Below are positions 50,101 to 59,855 of a stretch of DNA of 64,000 nt, in pieces. A program made the translations under genes and the position numbers. Source of the stretch: Leucoraja ocellata (Eukaryota). Where the stretch lies: assembly GCA_036785375.1 (NCBI GenBank), contig JAWMAR010000203.1, forward strand, positions 3,534,001-3,598,000, written 5' to 3'. The notes under the pieces are model-generated. The model saw only the letters and a list, made by a program, of their open reading frames with translations. It had not been told where the DNA came from and searched no databases. Position 1 is the first letter of the stretch. Each line of letters opens with the position of its first letter.

Positions 50101-52420
50101 CTGGATGGAGGGTTGTTTGGGGGGGGGGGGGGGGGTGGGTTGAAGTCAAAAGGCACTGCCTGCAAATGGTTGCTTGTCTAAACTTGACAACTTCCTGTTT
50201 GCACTATATTGATTTTAGATAAAACGCGACCACTTACGGCTGTGATTTTGAAATGGTATGAAACTGCATTTGAATATGGTGTCGTTGCACCCTGCATGAA
50301 ATGGTATGAAACTACATTTGAAATTGGTGACCTTGCACCCTGCTTGAAGTGGTAGGAAACTGAACCTGTATTTGGTGGCCTTGCACCCTGCTTGATGGGC
50401 AAATTAATGGAAATGATACTTAGACATAATATATATAAGCATCTGGATAAACAGGGTCTGATTAGGAACAGTCAACATGGATTTGTGCCTGGAAGGTCAT
50501 GTTTGACTAATCTTCTTGAATTTTTTGAAGAGGTTACTAGGGAAATTGACGAGGGTAAAGCAGTGGATGTTGTCTATATGGACTTTAGTAAGGCCTTTGA
50601 CAAGGTTCCTCATGCAAGGTTGGTTAAGAAGGTTAAACTGTTGGGTATAAATGCAGGAATAGCAAGATGGATTCAACAGTGTCTGAATGGGAGAAGCCAG
50701 AGGGTAATGGTGGATGGCTGTTTGTCGGGTTGGAGGCAGGTGACTAGTGGGGTGCCTCAGGGATCTGTGTTGGGTCCTTTGTTGTTTGTCATGTACATCA
50801 ATGATCTGGATGAAGGGGTGGTAAATTGGATTAGTAAGTATGCAGATGATACCAAGATAGGGGGTGTTGTGGATAATGAAGAGGATTTCCAAAGTCTACA
50901 GAGTGATTTAGGCCATTTGGAAAAATGGGCTGAAAGATGGCAGATGGAGTTTAATGCGGATAAATGTGAGCTGCTACACCTTGGCAGGACAAATCAAAAT
51001 AGGACGTACATGGTAAATGGTAGGGAATTGAAGAATACAGTTGAACAGAGGGATCTGGGAATAACCGTGCATAGTTCCTTGAAGGTGGAATCTCATATAG
51101 ATAGGGTGGTAAAGAAAGCTTTTGGTATGCTAGCCTTTATAAATCAGAGCATTGAATATAGAAGCTGGGATGTAATGTTAAAAATGCACAAGGCATTGGT
51201 GAGACCAAATCTGGAGTATGGTGCCCAATTATAGGAAGGATGTCAACAAAATAGAGAGAGTACAGAGGAGATTTACTAGAATGTTGCCTGGGTTTCAACA
51301 ACTAAGTTACAGAGGTAGGTTGAATAAGTTAGGTCTTTATTCTCTGGAGCGCAGAAGGTTAAGGGGGGACTTGATAGAGGTCTTTAAAATGATGAGAGGG
51401 ATAGACAGAGTTGATGTGGACAAGCTTTTCCCTTTGAGAATAGGGAAGATTCAAACAAGAGGACATGACTTCAGAATTAAGGGACAGAAGTTTAAGGGTA
51501 ACATGAGGGGGAACTTCTTTACTCAGAGAGTGGTAGTGGTGTGGAATGAGCTTCCAGTGGAAGTGGTGGCGGCAGGTTCATTGGTATCATTTAAAAATAA
51601 ATTGGATAGGCATATGGATGAGAAGAGAATGGAGGGTTATGGTATGAGTGCAGGCAGGTGGGACTAAGGGAAAAAAAGTTGTTTGGCACGGACTTGTAGG
51701 GCCGAGATGGCCTGTTTCCCTGCTGTAATTGTTATATGGTTATATGGTTTGAAGTGGTATGAAACTGCACTTGAATTGTGTTGCCTTGCACCCTGCTCGA
51801 AGAGGTATTAAACTGCACTTGAATTTGGTGGCCTTGCACTCTGCTTGAAATGGAATTTCAAGGAATAGCCACTTAGTCTAGTTGAGAAATAGAAGGCATA
51901 TGTTTAATGTGAGAGGGAAAAACCTGAGGGGCAACTTTATCAATCAGAGGGTGGTGGGTATATGGAACGAGCCACCTGTGGAGGTAGTTGAGGCAGGGAA
52001 TATAACACCATTTAAAATATATTTGGACAGGTGCGTGGACGGGAGCGTGGACGGGAGCGTGGACGGGTGCATGGACGGGTGCATGGACAGGAAAGGTTTA
52101 CAGGGACGAGAGCCAACCACGGGCAAATGGGACAAGCTTAGATGGGGCATCTTAGTTGGCGTAGACCAGTTGGGCCGATGGGTCTGTTTCCATGCTGTAT
52201 AACTCTATGATATGAATATAACACAACTATTTACAAGTGAGCCTTATTGTTACTTGTTATTTTTCTGTTACAGGATAATGTTTCAATAAACAATGAAAAT
52301 CTGCATTATGCGCCTGTTTATTTCAACAAGCGACAGCGAAGACAGGAATTGAGGTGGACCGAGCAATCCCAAGAAACAGAATATGCCATCTTAAAGGTCA
52401 AAGATAACAATAATTTATGA
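32103..52420 (+). CDS. Six-exon non-rearranging VJ-C1 Ig-superfamily inhibitory receptor (NKp30/SIRP/PRARP-VJC1-like), 331 aa; join(32103..32151,32959..33288,36739..37038,46309..46410,46837..46904,52274..52420)
   Basis: All five introns are GT-AG with matching phases (1,1,1,1,0). The spliced CDS is 996 nt, open from ATG to TGA. Domain order is leader, V, C1, TM, cytoplasmic with ITIM and ITSM. Confidence 0.88.
32959..33288 (+). CDS. Exon 2, germline-joined VJ-type Ig V domain
   Basis: Acceptor ttcactttccgtgccag. Translation VRVNQSP..FTC..YWFR..SLVIREV..DADTYHC..FTGNGTTLHIQ has the B-strand Cys, C-strand Trp, DxxxYxC and a J-like GxG motif. Donor AAG|gtaatt. Confidence 0.95.
33984..34725 (+). 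mobile_element. CR1 3' fragment in intron 2
   Basis: QRDLGVLV..MEYCVQFWSP..SRTRGHSL with a (tctattg)n tail. Confidence 0.9.
36739..37038 (+). CDS. Exon 3, C1-set Ig constant domain
   Basis: Acceptor ttttcctactttacgcag. Translation KPDISL..LTCVASGFFPRELNMSW..NEDGSFNVSSRL..VTCLVQH has the C1 signatures CxxxGFxP, W, NxDGSF and CxVxH. Donor gtaagt, phase 1. Confidence 0.95.
37815..38060. repeat. (TA)n-rich microsatellite / AT-rich tract
   Basis: Interrupted (TA)n and (CA)n runs. Confidence 0.85.
39570..42620 (+). mobile_element. Penelope-like element (GIY-YIG endonuclease end plus terminal repeat), split by an L1
   Basis: FTCISSNLTYCIRCSRCGLLYIGETKCRLGHHFAEHL. It resumes after the L1 as LEEQHLIFRLGSLQPRGMNIDF. 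Confidence 0.85.
39951..42205 (+). mobile_element. L1-clade LINE, 5'-truncated
   Basis: RQGCPLSPLLF, LYADD, SGYRINWNKSE, CDKC..H..C, polyA tail. 12-bp TSD aaattggaggaa at 39939-39950 and 42206-42217. Confidence 0.93.
43871..46070. mobile_element. About 2.2-kb imperfect foldback (palindromic) DNA element in intron 3
   Basis: Arms match as reverse complements from the terminal (aagccaaataaccgaa)n arrays, through tggtccagaccccc, to the centre near 44900-45085. Confidence 0.85.
46309..46410 (+). CDS. Exon 4, transmembrane segment
   Basis: Acceptor gattttcaag. Translation SSEYYFILLSLILIVPICVWIVYNYHSKLKKGK is a 20-aa hydrophobic stretch followed by a basic stop-transfer. Donor AAG|gtaatg, phase 1-1. 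Confidence 0.85.
46525..48200. mobile_element. Three HE1-like SINEs (46525-46810 plus; 47040-47300 plus; 47895-48200 minus)
   Basis: tRNA-like head, ttctccctgtgacc core and CR1-like tail. Confidence 0.75.
46837..46904 (+). CDS. Exon 5, cytoplasmic linker
   Basis: Acceptor atatttttatag, translation (E)SSVHDATVDIQSMRKQKNSVNE, donor GAG|gtgagt. It supplies the phase 1 to 0 switch needed to reach exon 6. Confidence 0.8.
48784..48815 (+). ncRNA. Minimal hammerhead ribozyme-like motif in a Penelope-derived repeat (representative of many copies)
   Basis: gt-CTGAAGA-a-gggtc-cc-gaccc-(g>a)AAAcgtc-ac. Other copies keep GAAA, so the family consensus has an intact core. Confidence 0.65.
49891..51881 (+). 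mobile_element. Non-autonomous Helitron with an internal minisatellite of about 48 bp
   Basis: 5' A|TCTATATATTACTAAAA and 3' CTAG|T with no TSD. The flanks rejoin as a CR1 fragment (gggaa|ttgagaaatagaagg). Confidence 0.8.
50396..51748 (+). mobile_element. Young CR1 LINE (RT plus 3' UTR) nested in the Helitron
   Basis: 280-aa ORF with QHGF, DFSKAFD, GVPQGS and YADD, (ttatatgg)n tail, ttga duplicated at both ends. Confidence 0.95.
52274..52420 (+). CDS. Exon 6, cytoplasmic tail with ITIM and ITSM
   Basis: Strong acceptor ttttttctgttacag. Translation DNVSINNENLHYAPVYFNKRQRRQELRWTEQSQETEYAILKVKDNNNL*. AATAAA at 52440-52445. Confidence 0.88.
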   Translation, partial: DNVSINNENLHYAPVYFNKRQRRQELRWTEQSQETEYAILKVKDNNNL

Positions 52421-53250
52421 AGAGCCCATAACCCAGAGTAATAAATTGTCCCTCTTCAACGAGACCACAAACTGATAATTATCATAAAACCACACACTCT
52501 TCTCGCAAACAATATACGTAGAATATAAGAAACAGAAACTAAAGGCTGTAGCACAGCTTGTGAAATTTAATTCTCTATTCAATTACTTTCCTTGAGCTCA
52601 AAACCAATTGATCTGACTCGACCTTGATCGCCTTCTCAGAGTTCCAAATGTTTAGCATTATTATTGCCGTGTGTAGTGAGGTACAGTGAAAAGCTTTGTT
52701 TTGCATGCTATCCAATCAAATCAGATATTACTATACATACACCAGTAAATACAATTAAGTCAAGTACAAGAGGTAGAGCAAAGGGGAAGATACAGAGTGC
52801 AGAATATAGTTCTCAGCATTGTAGCACATCAGTCCAATGTCCGCAATGGGGTAGAGGTGAATCGGACAGTACCCTAGCTTATGAAAGGACCGTTCGGAAG
52901 CCTGATAACGGAGGGGAAGAAGCTGTTCCTGAATCTGTTGGTGTGCATTTTCAAGCTTCTGTACCTTCTGCCTGGGGAGCAGGGAGAAAAAGGAATGCCG
53001 GGGTGGGGCAAGTCTTTGATTATGCTGGCTGCCAAACCGATGAGCCGCACATCTCTACTTTCAGAAGAAGGGTTCCGACCCAAAACATCACCTTTTTGTT
53101 GTTCCAGAGACCCGCTGAGTTACTCCAGCACTTTGTATCTATCTAGAGCAGGGTCACACTGAAGATGGGTCTTGCCCTAAAACATCACCCGTCCATGTCC
53201 TCCAGAGATGTCGCTTTGATAATATCAGGCATTTTGTGTGCCTGACAAAA

Positions 53251-54128
53251 TGGAGGATTTCTGCTTCTGTAAAAACTGCTTGTCTTCTTTTGCAAAGTCT
53301 GTAAAGACTATGAGGATCATGGCTCCAGAGAGTCTGTTGCCTGGGAAGGGGTTGGATAGAGGTTGATGTCCAGGTGGCCTTTAATTGGTAATACATATGA
53401 GATTTTGCAGAAGGGGCTAGGTCCTGTTGCAAATGCATGCTTGGGATTGGTTGGGGAAATAATGGGTTACAAGAATGTTGCAGAGTCTTCCCGCCGCTAA
53501 TTATGATTGGTCCAGGAGAGGGGCCTTACCCAAGATGTTTACTTTACCTGGGAGAATGTTTCTTTACCTAACAGAATTGTTTTCCACTAAGTGCTTTGTA
53601 TTGAAACTATGTTCAAGAAGGAACTGCAGATGCTGGAAAATCGAAGGTAGTCAAAATTGCTGGAGAAACTCAGCGGGTGCGGCAGCATCTATGGAGCAAA
53701 GGAAATAGGCAAGGTTTCGGCCCGAAACGTTGCCTATTTCCTTCGCACCATAGATACTGCCACAACGCTGAGTTTCTCCAGCAATTTTGTCTACCTTGCA
53801 TTGAAACTATGTTATGTGATATTTTATGTGATTGGGTTAGGGAACTGTCATTCAATGTATTTTGTAACCCTTATCGATAATTGGCTTGTCATGGTTGCCC
53901 CCCCCTCCCCTTCGTGCCAAGAGCCTATAAAGGTATAAAAGAGGGGAGAGCATATTGGGGTGTGCTGATCTTCTGTGGTTTGTTCTATTTGCGCAAGGCT
54001 GTTGGGCGTGAAAAGTAGAGACAAGGATCGGACCCATGGTATTGGATTAGGGATTGTATTGGTATTGTGCAATAAATTTCCAGTGCTCATTTTCGGTGTT
54101 TGACTAAGGGGGGTAAGTTTTGGAACCA
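53251..54128 (+). mobile_element. Probable retroviral solo LTR with a Penelope-derived insert (about 53611-53795)
   Basis: TG..CA ends, TATAAAA near 53933, AATAAA at 54071. attgaaactatgtt is duplicated around the insert. No clean TSD. Confidence 0.5.
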
Positions 54129-54493
54129 GAATTACAGCTTGACTCTTTCTCAGTCTGAAGGAGTGTCCTGACCCGAAACATTGTCTGTCCTTCTCCAGAG
54201 ATGCTGCCCGACTTGCTGAGTTACTCCAACATTATTAGTCCGACAGATTATTGATACTTTAAATTCTTAACATGCATGTTAAATGAATTAATTGGAACTT
54301 TACATTCTTCATTCTGTTGTATTTTTAAATTACAGTCCATTAAAGTCATAGAGTGGAAATAGGCCATTTGGCCCATCTTGTACATTCCGATCAACTTGAC
54401 ATATTGGGCTAGTCCCATAAGCCTGCAATTGGCCCAGAGGCTTCCACACCCTCCCAATCCAATTAATAAATATATTTTAGATTTTAAAATATT

Positions 54494-54830
54494 CATTACA
54501 GTCCCCCCCCTTTGATTAAGAAGGACCAAGGAAAAGATCAGAAGGACGAGATGGCCATTCATCGCTTGTGCCTGGTCCTCCACTGAAGAAGATCTTTGGC
54601 CATCATTAACCTCAGCCCCATCTTGCCAGATACACTCAGTTATTGACCGTCTATGACCCTCTGGACGAGTGAATTCGAATGATTCAAGATTACCTGGGCA
54701 ACTCTGCATTTTCACAGGTTATGTAAAATCAAACTGGAGGAACATATTCCACTTGGGAAGCTGACAACCCAACAGTATGGGTTTGCAGTCTCTCCCTGCG
54801 GGGGAATGCGACCTTTTTGTCGTATTCCCC
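54494..54830 (-). mobile_element. ERV env 3' end plus polypurine tract
   Basis: The minus strand reads aaagggggggac|tgtaa (PPT then LTR start), preceded by a decayed hydrophobic TM-like frame. Confidence 0.45.
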
Positions 54831-54859
54831 TTCTCTGCCTCTGTCTGCGCTGAGGCCTA

Positions 54860-55634
54860 ATGGAGCTGACGACATCGAGGCTCCGGAGGCAGAGCACCGT
54901 CAGGACTCGCTCTGAGCTCGCTCCCGTGAGGGTGGTCCGGCTCAGGGCTGGAAGAGGTTGGGATGCTCCCGTGAGGGCGGCCAGCCCGAGGGTGGAACGA
55001 GGCTCCCGTCGGAGCGGCCGAGCTCAGGAAGGTGCGGCGCTGGCAGCCCGAGGGAGGTTCGGCGCCCAAGTCGGGGCGGCCCGGTCCGGGGGGAGAAGCG
55101 ACGCCCAAGTCGGGGCGGCCCGGTCCGGGGGGAGAAGCGACGCCCATGTCGGGGCGGCCCGGTCCGGGGAAGAAGCGACGCCCAAGTCGGGGCGGCCCGG
55201 TCCGGGGGAGGTTCGGCACCCATGTCGGGGCGGCCCAGCCCGAGGCTGAAGACGGCACAGTACTCACGTGAGGGTGGCTGGGACGGTTTTCTGGCAGCGA
55301 TGGCCTGAGTCCGGGGTTCGGCCGCGGGCCAGCAGCTGCTTCTGCAGAACTGGTGGGCGGCAGCTTCAACCACCCCGGGCCGCGGTGTTTGAGCCGCGGG
55401 ACTGTTCTTAACATCGCCCGGGAGGGGGGGGGGGGGGGTATCGCCCCAGCGCAGAGGGAGAAAAGGAGGGAAGAGACTGCGACCTAAGACTTTTGCCTCC
55501 ATCACAGTGAGGAGATGCTGGGTGGACTCACTGTGGTGGATGTTAATGTGTGTTTATTGTTGTTTTATTGTATGGTATTGTATGTATGACTGCTGCAATT
55601 TCGTTCAGACTTCGGTCTGAATGACAATAAAAGG

Positions 55635-55673
<39 letters not shown>
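54860..55673 (+). mobile_element. GC-rich non-autonomous retroelement with a 39-bp tandem repeat (55062-55237) and an (ctat)n tail
   Basis: Unit cgcccaagtcggggcggcccggtccggggggagaagcga, about 4.5 copies. 3' end is tgaatgacaataaa plus a microsatellite. Confidence 0.7.
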
Positions 55674-56184
55674 GTATGAACTTTGAATCCTCCAATTGTA
55701 AGTTATAAAGTCCTTCCCCAGCACCGCCCCCCCCCTTCATTTTCCTGTGCCCTTCCCTTTCCACCTTTTACTCGTTTACCCCTTTCCCCCCCGTCCCAAC
55801 GAGCACCCATTTCTCCCATTACACCCCTATCGGTTTCCATCTACCCACCCATCATCCTTCCACCCTCAACCTGGGCTTCACATTTCACTCCTTTGTTCTC
55901 CATACCTGACACTCTTTTGTCTCCTTTCAATGTCTAAAGTCTAAAGGTCTTAAAGTCTAAATTCCACTCCCCCCCCCCCCCCCACCCCACCTCTCTTTTC
56001 CATCTTTCTCTCCCATCCCCACTACCCCCCCCCCCTCCCAACTACAACTAATCTGAAGAAGGGTCTTGATCCATGCGCTGCCTGTCCTGCTGAGTTCCTC
56101 CAGCACATTGTGTTTTGTTCCAGGTTCAATCATCTTGCAGACCACAGTTACTTGTGTCACAGTTGATTTTTAAAAAAAATTATT

Positions 56185-57038
56185 CTTTATTTATTTATTT
56201 ATTTATTTATTTATTTTAAATTTTATTTTTATTAGAAGTACAGTAAATTACATTAATACATCGCATATATCTTATTACATTTGTTGTACCACTTCATTTT
56301 TCGAGCTTTAAAAAAAGTAGAAATAAAAGAAGTAAGGAAAGTGAGCAAGAATCGTGAAGGTGCAGGAAAACCCCTTAGGGAAGAAGTTAGAGAAGGATGT
56401 AAAGAAAGGAAATAGACCCTAGAAAGAAAAGGAAAAAAAAGGAAAAACAATCGCTCTATTGTAACACAAAACTCCGCAAAAAAGGATATACCAACCGTGT
56501 TTTTTTTTAATTTATTTTATACCCCGCGTTACCAGATCCTGGTACCATTTATATTTTAAATTACTATTGCACCTTATGCTTGTAATAGTTCCGTAAATGC
56601 AGACCACGTCTTTTGGAAGTGATCTGCTTTGCCTGATAGGAGGAGTCTCATCTCTTCCAAGTGTAGTGTTTCAAACATGTTTGAAATCCACATTTTTATT
56701 AGACATACTCTAATTCAATATAAAACATTACATAGATTATATTATTCAAAAACTAAAATAAATAAACTTTTCCCCAATGTCTCACCCATTTGTGATAAAT
56801 GTCAGTCACAAGAAGCTACCATAGCGCACTCTTTTGTTTTCTGTATAAAAATCCAAAAGTTCTGGAACAAAATATTTGAAATCTTCACAAAATTATTTAA
56901 AATAAAATTTGTACCAAAAGCAGAATGGATCATTTTTGGAATATCGGAAGGTAACCCCGAATTAAACGTGTTTCAAAAGAACTTACTTAATTACGGGCTA
57001 ATAATGGGAAAAAAGCTTATACTCAAATTTTGGAAAAA
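56185..57038 (-). mobile_element. L1 3' end with an inverted 5' segment
   Basis: 56701-57038 reads HTLIQYK..KFWKN on plus. 56700 leftward reads IKMWISNMFETLHLEE..*, 3' UTR and an A-rich tail on minus. Confidence 0.85.
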
Positions 57039-57295
57039 TCTTTCTTTTTTTAATGGAGTTTTCCTGTCAGAGTGGTTGATGCAGGGAATTAGATTGTGGG
57101 GATAATTTTCGCTTTTACCTGACACCGGAGAAAACTGGAGCAAAACTGCAGATGATACTAAGACCCGGACACTTATTATTTTTTATTCAAATCGTTTGCA
57201 ATGTCGCTCTTCAAGGGAGATGCTAAATGCATTTCGTTGTCTCTGTACTGTACACTGACAATGACAATTAAAATTGAATCTGAATCTGAATCTGA

Positions 57296-58200
57296 AGATA
57301 GGTGGGGTTACGGGTAATGAAGTAGTTTCAAAGTCTACAGAGAGATTTATGCCAGTTGGAAGAGTGGGCTGAAAGATGGCAGATGGAGTTTAATGCTGAT
57401 AAGTGTGAGGTGCTACATCTCGGCATGACAAATCAAAATAGGACGTACATGGTAAATGTTAGGGAATTGAAGAATGTAGGTGAACAGAGGGATCTGGGAA
57501 TAACTGTGCACAGTTCCCTGAAAGTGGAATCTCATGTAGATAGGGTGGTAAAGAAAGTTTTTGGTGTGCTGGCCTTTATAAATCAGAGCATTGAGTGTAG
57601 AAGTTGGGATGTAATGTTAAAATTGTACAAGGCATTGGTGAGGCCAATTCTGAGTATGGTGTACAATTTTGGTCGCCTAATTATAGGAAGGATGTCAACA
57701 AAATAGAGAGAGTACAGAGGAGATTTACTAGAATGTTGCCTGGGTTTCAGCAACTAAGTTACAGAGAAAGGTTGAACAAGTTAGGGCTTTATTCTTTGGA
57801 ACGCAGAAGGTTAAGGGGGGACTTGATAGAGGTTTTTAAAATGATGAGAGGGATAGACAGAGTTGACGTGGAAAAGCTTTTCCCACTGAGAGTAGGGAAG
57901 ATTCAAACAAGGGGACATGACATGAGAATTAAGGGACTGAAGTTTAGGGGTAACATGAGGGGGAACTTCTTTACTCAGAGAGTGGTAGCTGTGTGGAATG
58001 AGCTTCCAGTGAAGGTGGTGGAGGCAGGTTCGTTTTTATCATTTAAAAATAAATTGGATAGTTATATGGATGGGAAGGGAATGGAGGGTTATGGTCTGAG
58101 CGCAGGTATATGGGACTAGGGGAGATTATGTGTTCGGCACGGACTAGAAGGGTCGAGATGGCCTGTTTCCGTGCTGTAATTGTTATATGGTTATATGGTT
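57296..58200 (+). mobile_element. Young CR1 3' fragment
   Basis: Near-identical to the 50396-51748 family, with a (ttatatgg)n tail. Confidence 0.93.
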
Positions 58201-59404
58201 AATAGATCGTGGCATCTAACACGGCAATACTTTGTTCTGTTTACCACTGTATCTCTAGTTGGTCACATCTGAGGTCAGATCAATTCCAGACCACTGCTTC
58301 AAAACATGCACAAGCCATTACAATAAATTACACAGAAGCAAACATGGTGATATTTACTCATATTTTGCAATCACTCTCTGCTCCCACCACATCCTGCCCA
58401 TGAACATCTCCACCCAGCTTAGTTCACTTTAGTTTAGTTTATTGTCACGTGTACCGAGGTACAGTTAAAAGCATTTGTTGTTGTGTGCTAACTAGTCAGT
58501 AGAATGACAATACATGATTCCAATCAAGCCTTCCACAGGGTAAAGGGAATGACATGTAGTGCAAGATTTGGGCGGCACGGTGGCACAGCTGTAGAGTTGC
58601 CGCCTTACAATGCCAGAGACACGGGTTCGATCCTGACTACGGGTTCTATCTGTACGGTGTTTGTATGTTCTCCGTGTGACTGCAAGGGTTTTCTAAGGGC
58701 GTTCCAGTTTCCTCCCACATTCCAAAGACGTGCAGTCTGGTGGTTAATTGGCTTCTGGAAATTGGCCCGAAAGAATTGGATAGAACTCGTATACTTTTGT
58801 TGACTGGCGCAGATTCGGTGGTTGAAGGGCCTGTTTCCACGCTGTTGCTCCAAACTAATCTAAAGTCCTGTGAAGTCCAATTAAGGAGAGTCTGACAGTT
58901 TCCAATGTGGTAGATCAGGACCACTCTCCAATTGGTGATAGGATGGGTCAGTTGCCTGCTAACAGCTGGAAAGAAACTGTCCCTGAATTTGGAGGCTTGC
59001 GTTTTCAAGCTTCTGTACTTCTTACCTGACGGAAGAGGGTTGAATCCACTTTAAATGCAATTTTGAAGGATCCCTACCTGTTGTCAAGCAATCTTGTTGT
59101 ATATTTGGAGATAGCTGTATTGTTATGTCTACAGTAAATCATAAAGTGCTTGAGTAACTCAGCGGGTTAGGAAGCAACTGTGGGAGACATAAATGCTGGA
59201 GAAACTCAGCGAGTGCGGCAGCATCTACGGAGCGAAGGAAATGGGCAACGTTTCGGGCCAAAACCATTCTTCAGGCTGTACGAAGAAGAGTTTTGGCCCG
59301 AAATGTTGCCTATTTCCTTCGCTCTGTAGATGCTGCCGCACCCGCTGAGTTTTGCCAGCATTTTTGTCTACCTTCTCTTTTCTAGCTTCTGCAGTTCCTT
59401 CTTG

Positions 59405-59855
59405 AACAAGCTAGAAAAGAGAGGTGGGAGTAGGACAAAGCCTGGTAAGTGATAGGTGGACACAAGTGATGGTGGGCGAGGTTGATTAGCAAATAGGTTG
59501 AATAAAAGATAAAGGCTGGATGAAAAAGAGACAAAAGGATGTCAGATACGGAGAGAAGAGGAGGAGTGAAATATACAGTCAGAGGGAGTGATGTGGGTGG
59601 AAGAGGCGAGTGTGCGGGGGGGGAGATAGGAAGAGATTGTGGAAAGATAAGTGTGCACTAGGGTGGAGAGAACAGGAAAAGGAGAGAGGAGGAAAGTATT
59701 TAATAAAATTGGAGATTCAATTTTCATATGGTTCAGTCCAAAGATGGGTCCCGACACGAAACATTGCCTATCCATGTACTCGAGATGCTGCCTGACCCGC
59801 TGACTTACTCCAGCACTTTCTAGGTTGTAAGTTACCCAAGCGGAATATGAGGTGC
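59405..59855 (-). mobile_element. Penelope-like 3' remnant with associated short repeats
   Basis: ggttgtaagttacccaagcggaatatgaggtgctgtacctccagttt is the reverse complement of the LEEQHLIFRLG region seen at 42210. Confidence 0.6.

Noticed and set aside
54857-55505. Overlapping ORFs with 13-aa repeats; CRISPR-like appearance
   Set aside because: A GC-rich 39-bp tandem repeat without unique spacers, inside a retroelement in eukaryotic DNA.
57118-57180. Leader-like minus-strand frame (IISVRVLVSSAVLLQFSPVS) before cag|gtaaaa
   Set aside because: No ATG before an in-frame stop, and no Ig exon found downstream on that strand.
58570-58640. tRNA-like A/B boxes
   Set aside because: These are heads of tRNA-derived SINEs with no complete cloverleaf.
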